Source: a bacterium (GTDB lineage Bacteria > SAR324 > NAC60-12). Taken from it: 64,000 nt of DNA. This document shows positions 43,563-54,208 of this stretch, piece after piece. A program made the position numbers and the translations under genes. The first letter of the stretch is position 1, and the number at the start of each line of letters is the position of its first letter. Below the pieces are notes generated by a model. It was given only the letters and a program-made list of their open reading frames with translations, was not told the origin of the DNA and did not search any database. Location of the stretch: contig CBDBHR010000030.1 of assembly GCA_965205865.1 (NCBI GenBank), positions 608,001 through 672,000 of the forward strand, in the 5' to 3' direction.

Positions 43563-44675
43563 GCGATTAATGGTAAGTTAGGTCTCTTTCCTTGACTAAT
43601 AGCATATTCCTTTCTGCAATCCGCTCATTTGTAACGTCGTGAGGTTTAACGATCTCACGGCGTTTATTTTTTGTCAATATCAACCCCCCAGGCAAAGTTT
43701 CAAGGTATCGGTGAACATGTTTTCATTGCGTCTATGGTTGTATTTGAAGCATGATTCGCCGATATAAAGATGCGCATACCGACGACTATACCAGTGATGT
43801 TGGCCATACCATGCGCGTTTTAAAAGACTCCAAAAACTCTCAATCGTGTTTGTGTGGATATTCCCGTCTACGAATTGCTTTTCATGATCAACAGAATAAT
43901 GAAATATTTCATCTTTCATTGCTCGGTACCCTGAATATTGATCCGTCATCAAAACAGCCTTCGCCAGGTCAACGTGCTCCTTCAGCATCTCTTTGAAATT
44001 CTTGTTCGATAAGGACTTGTCATCAAAGAGCTCTGCCGCAACTCCCCCCTTACGCTCCGCAATACCTACAACAGGAAGCTTTTTTGTTCCCCTACCACGC
44101 TTGTTGTCATCATCCCTGTCTTCCTTCTTGTTCTCCTTCCTGGGCTTTCCTCCGACATAGGTTTCATCCATCTCGACGATTCCTTTGAATAGACGTTGTT
44201 GCTCGCCATCTTTTCCCATGGCTTCCCGGATTCGTTTCCCGAATGACCAGGCAGTTTTGACACTCAAATCCAAGTCTCTTCCGAGTTGACGGTTTGAAAT
44301 TGATTTCTTGGCATTCAAAACGAGAACGATCCCCAGGAACCATTTTCTCAAGGAAAGTTTGCTGTTATGGAAGATCGTATTGACGGTTGCCGAAAAAGAA
44401 CGATGGCAGGATTGACATTGAAGCCGGCTTCTTTGGTTCTTTTCTTTGTGTCTCGACACCTTCTGGGAATGACAGTAGGGACACTCTGGTTTATCGCTCC
44501 ATCGTAGATTTTCAAGATGCTTCAGTGCTTCTTCTTCTGTTGGGAATTTATTGATTATTTCCATGAGACTTGTGCTTTTCATTTTCAATCTCCTCTGATA
44601 GATTCTTGTTTAATTCATTTGAATCTATCATAGCAGATTCCAAGTATATGCCAAGCCTTTTTGTCTATCATTCCG
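43538..44675 (-). mobile_element. IS1595-family element
   Basis: TIR CGGAATGATAGACA(TT/AA)AAGGCTT at both ends; flanks differ, so no target duplication. Confidence 0.9.
43680..44588 (-). CDS. IS1595 family transposase
   Basis: Zn ribbon CPYC..CQSC, VEMDETYVGG, MTDQYSGY, HTNTIESFWSLLKR. Confidence 0.95.
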   Translation of the reverse strand: MKMKSTSLMEIINKFPTEEEALKHLENLRWSDKPECPYCHSQKVSRHKEKNQRSRLQCQSCHRSFSATVNTIFHNSKLSLRKWFLGIVLVLNAKKSISNRQLGRDLDLSVKTAWSFGKRIREAMGKDGEQQRLFKGIVEMDETYVGGKPRKENKKEDRDDDNKRGRGTKKLPVVGIAERKGGVAAELFDDKSLSNKNFKEMLKEHVDLAKAVLMTDQYSGYRAMKDEIFHYSVDHEKQFVDGNIHTNTIESFWSLLKRAWYGQHHWYSRRYAHLYIGESCFKYNHRRNENMFTDTLKLCLGG

Positions 44676-45289
44676 ATATTATTTACAGTCCCATGTAATG
44701 AATTTTCTTCCTTATTCTCATTACCCCATTGATCCCAACCATTTCTATTGAATCGTGCAAAAAGTTCTAAATATGGACTGGGAGAGCATTCTTCAATAAG
44801 ATCGTAGATTTCATCGGGTTTACGTGAATGCTCGCGTTTTTGAGTGGATATACAATTCACTTGTCTCCGACCTGCTGAGAGAGTTCTCATTGAACCACGG
44901 ACTCCAAAAAGAACAAGTTCCGTTACATTCCTAAAATAGAAACCGACACCACGTCCATCGGGACCTCCATCTTTACGAATTTTATACCAGACAATATTTG
45001 TTTTGTATTCAAATCCCCAAGTTTTCATCACTTCCAATCCCCAAGATAATAAAGCATTGGGAATCCATAAATAGAGATGAGCATCTTCATCCGATATTTT
45101 TTCTATAGGAAGATTACAAATTTCATCCAATGTCATTGTTGGATATCGCATCAATCTTTGGTGTTCCGGGGCCATTTTCCCTGTACGATTTTGAAATCTC
45201 CATGGAGGATCAGCTAGTATCGTTTTGTAAGATTTGGAGTCTAAGTCTTGAGAAATTGATTCTTTAACAAGATCAACAACTTTCATCAT
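44615..45289 (-). CDS. MT-A70 family adenine methyltransferase; C-terminus derived from the IS1595 end
   Basis: ILADPPW, HLYLW, REHSRKPDE, YLELFAR, WDQWGNE. Confidence 0.92.
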   Translation of the reverse strand: MMKVVDLVKESISQDLDSKSYKTILADPPWRFQNRTGKMAPEHQRLMRYPTMTLDEICNLPIEKISDEDAHLYLWIPNALLSWGLEVMKTWGFEYKTNIVWYKIRKDGGPDGRGVGFYFRNVTELVLFGVRGSMRTLSAGRRQVNCISTQKREHSRKPDEIYDLIEECSPSPYLELFARFNRNGWDQWGNENKEENSLHGTVNNIGMIDKKAWHILGICYDRFK

Positions 45290-45862
45290 AAAGCTCCTCT
45301 TTTATACCAAAAACAAGAATGGGACATCCGCCACCACCTCCGCCATTGATTTTTGGAAGAAGCTTACTCATATGAGTAGTTGATGCGCCAAAGGACGGAC
45401 CACGTCCCAGTTCAACAAAAATATTTTGGAGAGTGTCACAGCGAGTAATTATGATTCCAATTGATATAACACGTAATTCAAATAAAAGTCGAAAATTATT
45501 TAGATCACGATCGAAGAAGGGGTCTTTATTGTTCCACTCAATTTCTAAGGCAATACGATTTTTATAACAATCGATTGCATGAGTAGGACTATCTATTGGT
45601 TTTTGATCTACATAAAAAGCAGTATCGAATTTTTTTTCCTGCCAGCTCTTTTCAGAGAATTTATCATCAATCCATTTAAAAACTTTGGATTTTCTTCCTC
45701 CAGATATTTCTATGAACGACTTGCATAGTCGAAATCTTGAAAGCACATCACATTTTCAATCCATTCATCACGAAAATCTCTTTCAAGAATTGCAGATGCA
45801 TGTCTCCATTCATGAATCTCATAATTTCTCCGAATAGAATCTGGGAATTTGTCAATAGGCAT
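45273..45862 (-). pseudogene. BglII/BstYI-like type II restriction endonuclease, 1-nt frameshift near 45755
   Basis: MPIDKFPDSIRRNYEIHEWRHASAIL in one frame; THAIDC..IALEIEWNNKDPFFDRDLNNFR in the next; span is 590 nt. Confidence 0.8.
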
Positions 45863-46281
45863 ATAAAAATCGGGTAGTGTCTCAGTTTGAATTGTTCACA
45901 ATTTGATTTTATTCCTACATTCCATACAACGAAATCCTGAATCGGTGTAATGAAAACGATTTCATGACATGAGTGGTTATTCGCAAGGATAGGCGCTAAG
46001 CGTTGACAGGGGAGAACACAGGCTCGGTATTGAGCTCCGAAATCATAGTTTCAGGCGCTGACCTTGTGGTCTGGTGGGGAAGGCAATATCAACCGAAGGC
46101 CTTAGCGTGAGTCTCGGCTGAGCCTGGCGGAGTCAAAGACCCGGTGCATGTGTGGAAGTTTCTTGATCGGAACCTGGGAGATCCTGAAGACGACTGTCAA
46201 CATTCCATTGGTAGTCGGATCGGGAAAATTAATAAATAACCCCGATATCTACGTCTTCAGGAAGTCGGACAAGTTCGTAGT

Positions 46282-47123
46282 GTGCGCTGGGCAGCGCATG
46301 ATTCAGGTGGGTTGAAGTCCCACGCAGCCTGTGATCCCAGGCTGATATCCAAAAGCGGGGGTAATGCCTCGCTGGCCAGAATGTTTACCAGGGCGCCATC
46401 CCGGGCGCTTTAAGCACAATGGGAGGTCGAAAGGGCCAAATGCACCGAAGTGAACTTCCGGAGGACAGGGTGTCCACCGTGAGGTGGAATCTGAAGGGTT
46501 TGCGGAGAATCACCGGGTCGTAGTCAAGGAGGCTACTCCAGAGACGAACCGGTCGGCCAACAGCAGGGAATGGTTGAGCTTGCACTATGGTGGCGAAAGC
46601 AGTTGGATTCCCCCCTGCAATACCAAGGTGTGTGCGGACGACACGGTGAGGAAGAATCATGGGTGACCCCAGGAGGACTCAGGGCGTTCTTAGGTGGCAC
46701 TAGGATAAGGTACCCTATAAGCGAAAGCGAAGTGGGAACCGAAGCGTGTTGAGTAGTCGGACCATCGAATAGTACCTGAAGCGTAGTGAGAGCTACGTGA
46801 CCGAGGGATCGGCAGCAGAGTGAGCTGAGGAAGGCGATGGGCAGAGAAGGTTGGAATGAGAAAGGAAGTTAGATGAGTAAGGACAGTGAGGTGGAAAGTT
46901 CGGTAAGTGAAAGACCCAGAACTCATGGGCCGAGGAGACTGGCTGACTGGATCAATCTAACGGGAGCAAAGAAGGTTCACTCCTTAGTGGACAAGATTTA
47001 CAAGATGGAGTATCGGTTAGTAAATCTGATCTCACTAATTCCTTCGATCGGTCCCTACGGAAAATGGTCTTCTCTGTGAAAGCCGGATGCGGGAAAACTG
47101 CACGTCCGGTTTGGGCGGCGAAC
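46282..47123 (+). mobile_element. Inner group II intron with deleted RT ORF
   Basis: Starts GTGCG; DV aagccggatgcgggaaaactgcacgtccggttt at 47080-47112; outer intron sequence resumes at 47124. Confidence 0.85.
46873..47079 (+). pseudogene. Group II intron RT/maturase stub (N- and C-termini fused)
   Basis: KVHSLVDKIY RT0-like start joined to YRLVNLISLIPS; no RT core or YADD. Confidence 0.75.
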
Positions 47124-47382
47124 AATGAGATCATTTGTAGAGAGTAATAATGCAAAAGAAATCAACGGAGCCTGTGGAGCAAAGGGACTTGGCTGAGAGG
47201 AATTCTGCTTGCCCTCCTGTGTTCGGAACTCAGAGGCCGGTAAAATCAGAGAGCGGTTTAAGCAGGGTGCGCCAAACGGCAACGTTTGAGCGTCTGACTC
47301 GAAGCAGGAGCCGGATGCGTTAGCAGCGCACGTCCGGATCTGTACCGGAGGAATGACGAAAGGTGGCTGGAAACCACTATAA

Positions 47383-49134
47383 CCCAAATTGAGCGATTCT
47401 AAAAAAGGATCAGATTTTCAAGATGATTTTTTTGCCTGAGAAAGGCAATCATTCTGAAATCAGATTTTGATCATCAAATCCATGGATGTTTGAGTGAGAA
47501 TGAGCATCAAAATGCTGTTTTCAGATGTGGAAGGTCTTCATTTCTCATGTTTTGGACGCACTTATCCCCTTAAACTTTAATGTTTTTGTTTTTTAATTGA
47601 AGCGAAACCCGTTGATCAGATTGGCGCCAATGCGTGCTGGCAGGTGGCAAATAGTTGGTCCAATTGCAAGCGCTCAAAGGTCTTTTTTGGTATTTTCAAG
47701 ATCAGTTTTCCGGCATGACGAAGCAGTTTGCCTGCCGTATCAAGAAACTGGCGCCGGAAGGTATCAGCATACATCGTTACCGCAATCACTGGCTTGCTGA
47801 CATCTTCTTTGAAGGATTCGAAGAGGTTATTGCCAACCAGCATCAGATAGTACCATGCGGTATTGGAAATGAAGTCCTTGAAGGGAAGTTGTTGATGACC
47901 AAAGTTTTTCAGCGCCCGGTTGGCCAGTTCATCCTTTCCCCGTCCGTGGTACGAGCCAAGGATGCTATGAGCATCGATGCGCTTTTCTTCAGCGGCTTGG
48001 CTGAGTTGGCCATCAATGGCCTCTCCCATACCAAGGTTCGTAATGATCACGCCATCATGATCCAAACCCGGCAAAGAGAGTTGGCTATCGTGTTCAATCA
48101 AGCGGCTGTAGATCGTGCGACGAGCCTTCTTCCATGTCCCCTGCTGGCTCTTAAACTCGGTGTACTGCCAGATCTCCTTCTTGCCCGATGAAGTGAAGGT
48201 CTGCCAGTCAGTGGCTTCTTCCGCAGCATTCCTCACATTGGCATAGGACTTTCCTCCGCTTCAGCTAACCGATGTTCAGTCGTTCACAGGTTTCAAAGAT
48301 TTTTTCGTCAAAAAAACCGGTGTCCATGCGCACCATGATTGGTACATCATCTCGGTATTGGCGGCGAATCCTTTTCACGATATGAACCAGCATATTCTGA
48401 ACAGTTTTCCCGTGATTCGAATGTTTGCTACCTCCGCGAAAAACTGCGTCAACCATATAACGACCCCAATTCATCTGCAGGGGATGAAATCCTTTGACCA
48501 TCTTGTAAGTCGGCTGGACACCATGGCGTTTCAGGGCATCATCATTATCAAGTACCATCGAATCCAGACCCAACACAATCACCGTTGGACAAGTCTTCTT
48601 CAGTCTCCAGATAAACAGTATCTGCAGCAGATGACGAAACAGGTAGACTCGTACAAAAGAGAACTTTCCAAAAAATCTTTTCACGGCATGCGAGGAGGCA
48701 AGGTCTTGCTCACTGCATGACAGCAAGGCGGCATAACCCTCGCCCCTTTTGAGGTGATCGAACCAACTGAGATGACGGCTGCTGCCGTCCATGAAAAAAC
48801 AGAGGATCTGCGCAAAAAAATCAGAGACAGCAATTCCTTTTTTATTTTTACGCATCGAACCAAACAACCTTTCGATGATCGGCATCAGCCGAATGCTTTG
48901 CAGATACTGGGCAAACAAGGCCAATCCGGCACGACTTGTCAAGTGTTCATCGGTTGGCTGAATGGCATCAATTATCTGTTTCTTTTTATCCTGAACTGTT
49001 ATATTTTTTCCCATAAAGCTCTCTACCTGTTGGGTTGTGTTAGATTTTGTGAATTTTTTTATTTTAACCACTGAAATATAACACATTTTTCCCAAGGTTG
49101 GGAGCTTTTTTTATTACGAATCGCTCAACTTAGG
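47383..49134 (-). mobile_element. IS1380-family element
   Basis: TIR CC(C/T)AA(A/G)TTGAGCGATTC 15/17; TATAA duplicated at 47378-47382 and 49135-49139. Confidence 0.92.
47616..49014 (-). pseudogene. IS1380 transposase with premature stop and frameshift near 48260
   Basis: LTSRAGLALF, LGLDSM, VRMDTGFF, YHGRGKDEL split across two ORFs. Confidence 0.88.
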
Positions 49135-49264
49135 TATAAGTCAGTTCTTTACGGTGACTTTGATTAGATGAAAAGGGAGCAAAAAAACTGGACTCGTTCC
49201 TAATCAAATAATCAAAGGCCTGACCCCTTTCTTGTAGTCCCGACACGAGGCCAATAGTTTCCTT

Positions 49265-50233
49265 CTAAGAGAACGGGTTGAGAAGTCTGGAGAGGAGACC
49301 TCGTTTGCGTTTCACCACCGCAGTGCCGTAACTGCCCTCTCCGCCCCTGAGCCTGGGGTCGAGCAGGTCCCGCACGGCGTCACCGAACATGTTTAGACTG
49401 TAAATGGTAATAGTCAGGCAAAGACCAGGCCAGAAAGCCAGGTATGGCGCCATCTCCATGTACTCACGCCCGTCCCGGCTGAGCAGACCTCCCCACTCAG
49501 GAACCGCGGGGGGCAGCCCAAATCCGAGAAAGCTCAGAGAAGCCGCACTCAGGATTACGCCACCGAGGTTGATGCTGAATATGATGATGACAGGCGCCAT
49601 AATATTGGGCAGGACATGGCGTAACAGGATTAGGCTCGTGGGGGTACCCACAGCCCTGGCTGCCAGAAAATAGTCATTCTCTTTAACACCAATAACGGCG
49701 CCTCTGACGACTCGGGAGGCGCCGATGCCTCCGGCTATCCCCAGGACCACTATTATCTGTGGCACACCCCGCCCCACTATGGACATGATGGTTAACAACA
49801 GGAGCAGTCCCGGGAAAGCAATCCAGGCATCGACAAATCTCTGCACACCCAGGTCCAACTTACCGCCAAGGAATCCTGACGTGCCGCCGAGCAGGACGGC
49901 GACCAAAACATTGATAGTGGTCGCCGCCAGACCGACAAATAACGAAATACGAGCCCCGTAGATAAGGCGGCTCAAGAGGTCTCGCCCCAACCCGTCGGTA
50001 CCCAGAAGATACTGTGCTGATGGGCCCTGCAGCCGGTCTATCAGGTGTACTTCAATATATGGATAAGGGGCCAGAACATCAGCAAAGATAGCGACTAGAA
50101 TCAATATCAATATGATAATCCCGCTGACAGTACCCAGTGGCTTCTCCTTCCACAGCCTGACAAAGAAATCAGCCAGACCGGCACGTCTCTTTGGCGCGCT
50201 TGCTGCCGATGGTATCCCTGTGGCGTCACTCAT
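49265..50233 (-). CDS. DppC/OppC-like ABC permease (intact)
   Basis: LLGTDGLGRD, RHVLPN, LSFLGFG, NMFGDAVRDLLDPR. Confidence 0.93.
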   Translation of the reverse strand: MSDATGIPSAASAPKRRAGLADFFVRLWKEKPLGTVSGIIILILILVAIFADVLAPYPYIEVHLIDRLQGPSAQYLLGTDGLGRDLLSRLIYGARISLFVGLAATTINVLVAVLLGGTSGFLGGKLDLGVQRFVDAWIAFPGLLLLLTIMSIVGRGVPQIIVVLGIAGGIGASRVVRGAVIGVKENDYFLAARAVGTPTSLILLRHVLPNIMAPVIIIFSINLGGVILSAASLSFLGFGLPPAVPEWGGLLSRDGREYMEMAPYLAFWPGLCLTITIYSLNMFGDAVRDLLDPRLRGGEGSYGTAVVKRKRGLLSRLLNPFS

Positions 50234-50250
50234 ACTCTCTGTTTTTCCTT

Positions 50251-51255
50251 TTATTTATAACGGACCCTTGGGTCCAAGAAAGCATAAATCAGGTCGATCA
50301 TTAGATTGATCCCCACAACCGCCGTGGCGAAAAACAGGTTGATCCCGGAGATCAGCGGGTAGTCTCTGTCAGTGAGGGCATTCACCATGAGCTGACCCAG
50401 CCCCGGCAGGTTGAATATGTTCTCCATGATAACGGCGCCACCAACCACGATAGGCAACTCCATGCCTATCAGGGTGACTACCGGGATGAGGGCATTCTTC
50501 AGGGCGTGTCTCAGAACGACTACCCTCTCCTTGAGACCCTTGGACCAGGCGGTCCTGATATAGTCCTGCCTGAGCACCTCAAGCATCATGGTACGCGTCA
50601 TCCGCATGGTGCTTGCAGCCGTGGCCGTCCCCACGATCAGGCTGGGAAGGAGGAACATGCCGAGATTGCCCAGCGGGTCTTCGGTGAAAGGAATCAGCTT
50701 CAGCGGTGGCGACCAACCCCACCAGATTGCCGGGAAGATCATGACCATCATTCCCAGCCAGAAGTTGGGCGTTGCCAGGCCGATGATGGCGACGGTTCGC
50801 CCTGCGTAGTCGGCGGCGGTATCCTGGCGAATCGCTGAGTAGATGCCAACTGGCAGGGCGATCACGAGCCCGATTACGATTGCCAGGACACCGAGCTCAA
50901 TGGTTACCGGCAGTCTACCTATTATCAACTCGTCTACCGCCACCTTGCCGCGAATCATGGAGTGGCCAAGGTTGCCCTGGAGAAGACCGTTGAAGTGGGA
51001 CTCACCGGTAACCCAGTCAGGAGTCGGCAACACTCCTATCCAGCGTCCATACTGCACATAGACAGGCACGTCTAATCCAAGCATACGCTCCACAGCTTCA
51101 CGGTCAATCGTCGCGGTTTGGTATCTTTCCATCTGAGCCGCCATCGCGTCTACTATATCGCCGGGGATGAAGCGGACGGAGAGAAAGACTATGATGCTCA
51201 ATATAAACAAGGTGGGGATTATCAGCAATAACCGCCTGATGAGATAGGCTCTCAT
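50251..51255 (-). CDS. DppB/OppB-like ABC permease
   Basis: Close paralog of 33477-34475. Confidence 0.93.
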   Translation of the reverse strand: MRAYLIRRLLLIIPTLFILSIIVFLSVRFIPGDIVDAMAAQMERYQTATIDREAVERMLGLDVPVYVQYGRWIGVLPTPDWVTGESHFNGLLQGNLGHSMIRGKVAVDELIIGRLPVTIELGVLAIVIGLVIALPVGIYSAIRQDTAADYAGRTVAIIGLATPNFWLGMMVMIFPAIWWGWSPPLKLIPFTEDPLGNLGMFLLPSLIVGTATAASTMRMTRTMMLEVLRQDYIRTAWSKGLKERVVVLRHALKNALIPVVTLIGMELPIVVGGAVIMENIFNLPGLGQLMVNALTDRDYPLISGINLFFATAVVGINLMIDLIYAFLDPRVRYK

Positions 51256-51284
51256 GTGACACTACTCCTCCTATAATACTCTAG

Positions 51285-52256
51285 CTATGTGTCTGTTAAC
51301 GCCAGGCTGTAGTACTCAGGTTTCGATCTTACTTCTTTAATGAAATCGGCCACTATCTTTTCGAAATCCGCATACAATGGCTTCCACCCCCATTCCTCAC
51401 GAGCCCGGCTATCATCGATATTATTGATACTGCGGTAATAATCCATGACCCATGGGTCCGGCTTATAGGTAAATTTAGCTTCCGGAATGAACTTCTTTAT
51501 AGCCAGTTCTACCTCCTTGGCCGTTAGTGATGGGAAGACCCCTACTACGTTATAGCATACGGTCTTTATTTGCTCCTTGGGTGCATCATACAGCATTTGT
51601 GTGGCCCGCATAGCATCTTCATAGTACAGGACAGGAAGTTTGGTGTCTTCGCTGACAGGACATTCAGCAGGCCTGCCCAGGGCTGCACTTTGAATCATCC
51701 AGGCAATATATTGCAGTTTCTTACTGATCCTAACACTGGGATCAAAGATGTTGGGGTATCGCATGCAGCGAAAGTCAAGGTCAAATTTCTTCCGATAGAA
51801 TCTGCCAATAAGCTCACCATATAGCTTGGTTACACCGTACACGCTAGCAGGCCGTTGTAGTGTCTCATCGGTGATAGTTTCAGTAGGTATTCCCAGCCCA
51901 TAGCTCATTATACTGCTGGTAAACACCACCCGCTTTACCCCGAAGAGTCGCGCCGCTTCCAGGACATTCATTATTCCGCCGACATTCCCTTCATAAACGG
52001 CCCAGGGCTGTAGGCGGGAGCTAGGTGTGTTTCCAAGGTGAAATACGCCTTCTACGTTATTTTCCTTGACAACATTCAACACTTCAGGCCAGACCTTTTG
52101 GTCTCCCTGGACAACCTTTACGTTATTCTTGATATCCGCCACGCGCTCTATTTGCGGAGCGATGTCAAACAATATGACGTCCTCTCCCCTCTCTACCAGT
52201 CTATGCGCCAGGCCAGTACCAACCCAACCTGTTCCGCCGGTAATAAGTATAGACAT
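51285..52256 (-). CDS. NAD-dependent epimerase/dehydratase (extended SDR)
   Basis: ITGGTGWVG, FTSS, YGVTK, DDSRAREEWGWKP. Confidence 0.9.
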   Translation of the reverse strand: MSILITGGTGWVGTGLAHRLVERGEDVILFDIAPQIERVADIKNNVKVVQGDQKVWPEVLNVVKENNVEGVFHLGNTPSSRLQPWAVYEGNVGGIMNVLEAARLFGVKRVVFTSSIMSYGLGIPTETITDETLQRPASVYGVTKLYGELIGRFYRKKFDLDFRCMRYPNIFDPSVRISKKLQYIAWMIQSAALGRPAECPVSEDTKLPVLYYEDAMRATQMLYDAPKEQIKTVCYNVVGVFPSLTAKEVELAIKKFIPEAKFTYKPDPWVMDYYRSINNIDDSRAREEWGWKPLYADFEKIVADFIKEVRSKPEYYSLALTDT

Positions 52257-52414
52257 CCTTCTCTGCCTCCTTAGTTAATGTTTCCCTCTTGCTGAAAAAT
52301 TGGCGTAAATAAGAAACTATCTAACCAACTATTTCACTATTCAATGAGAAGGAAGCTGGGAAGCCTGAGCCCCCCAGCTCCCTTAGACGTTTCAGTTATC
52401 CCCGAGACCAGGCA

Positions 52415-54208
52415 CTAATGACCCATTGCTTCCTTCAGCTCACTATCAATCCAGAGACGGGCCGCGATTAATTGACGGTCCACCGATCCCAGTTCGTATT
52501 CACCGTTATAACCTATGACCCACGGCTGGAGCACGTTCATCGTTGGAACTCTAGAACCCCATATATACCAGTGCTTTTCTGTCATGTACATATCTATCGG
52601 TTTAATCAGCCTCTTCCGCTCCTCAATGGTGGTAGCGGCTTGGGCATCTGCAACCATGGCGTCATAAACCGGGTCCCGGACGTTGGCGGTGTTGTAAGTA
52701 GAGTCCGACGTGTTTTGCATTATAAGCCCCATAGCCCCGGTATCCGAACCCGAAGAAGTAGTGATCATATCATAATCACCTTCATCAACCCTTGCCCTGA
52801 GAACAGAAGTCTCAGTCTCCCTAACCTCTACATGAACGCCAATCGCAGCCCAGTAGGAGGCAGCTAATTCGCTATTCTGTACATAGGTTTTAAAAATCGG
52901 GAGGCTCACTTCCAAGACGGTCTTGAATCTAATGCCGTCGGAGCCGCGCGGATATCCAGCCTCATCAAGCAACGCTTCTGCCCCTGCCGGGTCATAGGTA
53001 TAGTATCCCTTGACCTCTTCAGGCCAGTCTGCAAATGGGGTGAAATACCCGGCCGTACCTGCCCCTACCCTCCCCTGGGGTGTCGTATCTGCATAACCCT
53101 TCCAGTACGCAGCGTTAATTGTGTCAAGGTCCAGTGCCATCTGCATTGCGTGGCGTACCCTGACGTCGTCAAAGGGCGGCCTCCTCGTGTTAACAGTCCA
53201 AGACGACATCGACCGAAATGAAAACGGCTCCATCACCAGTTCGGGGTTGGTCTTCCTAAGGCTGTCTACCTGGTCCATAGACTTTAGTTGACTCCAGCCG
53301 AGAAATGCAGCCAGTCCATCAATCTTTCCCGAGCGTAATGCCGCCATACGTGTTGCTACGTCTGGCATAACCAGCATCTCTAACCCGTCAAGATAGGGCA
53401 AGCGATTCTCCGGGTATTTTTCGTCGTAGCCCCAGTAGTCCGGATTCTTCTTCCAAGTGAGAGAGCTGCCCTCGACCCAGTCAGTCAGCTCAAAGGGCCC
53501 GGTGCCGACCACATTACGCCAATCGGAAAGGTCGCCGTGTTCCTTGATTACCTCGGGGGGGTATATAAAAGTCATGAAGCTATATAAAATTTGCTTTAGC
53601 GCGTTGGGGTCTGCCTTCGTCAGCCTAAAAACAACCGTCCGATCGTCGGTGGCCGTTACCGATTCCCATGGCAGTATAATCATCGGGTGCGTGGCGTACT
53701 TGGGATTCGGTTCGGTGTAGCCACTGCCCAGACCCAAATAACGGTGCAAGTTATATTCGATATCCTTGGCAGTTAGCTCCCGACTGTTCATCGGCGCCTT
53801 GTTATGCCAGCGCACGCCTTCGCGGATATGCAAGACGATAGTTAGTGGGTCGGGTGTTTCCCAGCTTTCAGCCAGGTGCCCTCGCCAGACAAAGTCAGGC
53901 ATGTACGTTGTTCTATAGTTAAACACGTCCCTATCTAGTGCCCAGTCCGCGATGGCTAGCGTCTCTACAACCACACCGAGGGCTTCTGCCGCATCGTGAT
54001 GGATATAGACGTCAGGACTTGGAGGGTTATAAGGCTGCGAATAGGTGAGTATCCCGCCATACTCTGGCGCAGTCACCTCCTTGCCGGTGGCGGGGTCCGT
54101 CACATACTTCTTCTGGGCGGCAGCCGGACCGGCAAGGAAAACTGCCACCATCAGGGTGAGGGTGAGCAGGGTTGCACTGAAGGTTGATTTGCTTTTTTGA
54201 TTTTCCAT
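52415..54208 (-). CDS. Family 5 ABC substrate-binding protein (paralog 3)
   Basis: Same motifs as SBP1; ATG 54208 (MENQKSK) is equivalent to the SBP1 start. Confidence 0.92.
   Translation of the reverse strand: MENQKSKSTFSATLLTLTLMVAVFLAGPAAAQKKYVTDPATGKEVTAPEYGGILTYSQPYNPPSPDVYIHHDAAEALGVVVETLAIADWALDRDVFNYRTTYMPDFVWRGHLAESWETPDPLTIVLHIREGVRWHNKAPMNSRELTAKDIEYNLHRYLGLGSGYTEPNPKYATHPMIILPWESVTATDDRTVVFRLTKADPNALKQILYSFMTFIYPPEVIKEHGDLSDWRNVVGTGPFELTDWVEGSSLTWKKNPDYWGYDEKYPENRLPYLDGLEMLVMPDVATRMAALRSGKIDGLAAFLGWSQLKSMDQVDSLRKTNPELVMEPFSFRSMSSWTVNTRRPPFDDVRVRHAMQMALDLDTINAAYWKGYADTTPQGRVGAGTAGYFTPFADWPEEVKGYYTYDPAGAEALLDEAGYPRGSDGIRFKTVLEVSLPIFKTYVQNSELAASYWAAIGVHVEVRETETSVLRARVDEGDYDMITTSSGSDTGAMGLIMQNTSDSTYNTANVRDPVYDAMVADAQAATTIEERKRLIKPIDMYMTEKHWYIWGSRVPTMNVLQPWVIGYNGEYELGSVDRQLIAARLWIDSELKEAMGH

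Larger units (their letters stand above)
45965..49158 (+). mobile_element. Outer group II intron: 5'-truncated, ORF-deleted, interrupted by an inner intron and IS1380
   Basis: DI-like aagcgttgacagggg..tattgagctccgaaat; DV gagccggatgcgttagcagcgcacgtccggatc ending 47340; DVI halves at about 47347-47382 and 49140-49158 ending in AC. Confidence 0.85.

Noticed and set aside
44615-45862. R-M genes as IS1595 passenger cargo
   Set aside because: The IS1595 TIR is at 44675, so the genes lie outside the element
45871-45892. cgggtagtgtctcagtttgaa resembling a mobile-element terminus just upstream of the REase
   Set aside because: No partner inverted repeat or transposase found in the window; resemblance from memory only
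46282-47340. Retron or DGR
   Set aside because: No intact RT and no TR/VR pair; the RNA motifs are group II intron domains
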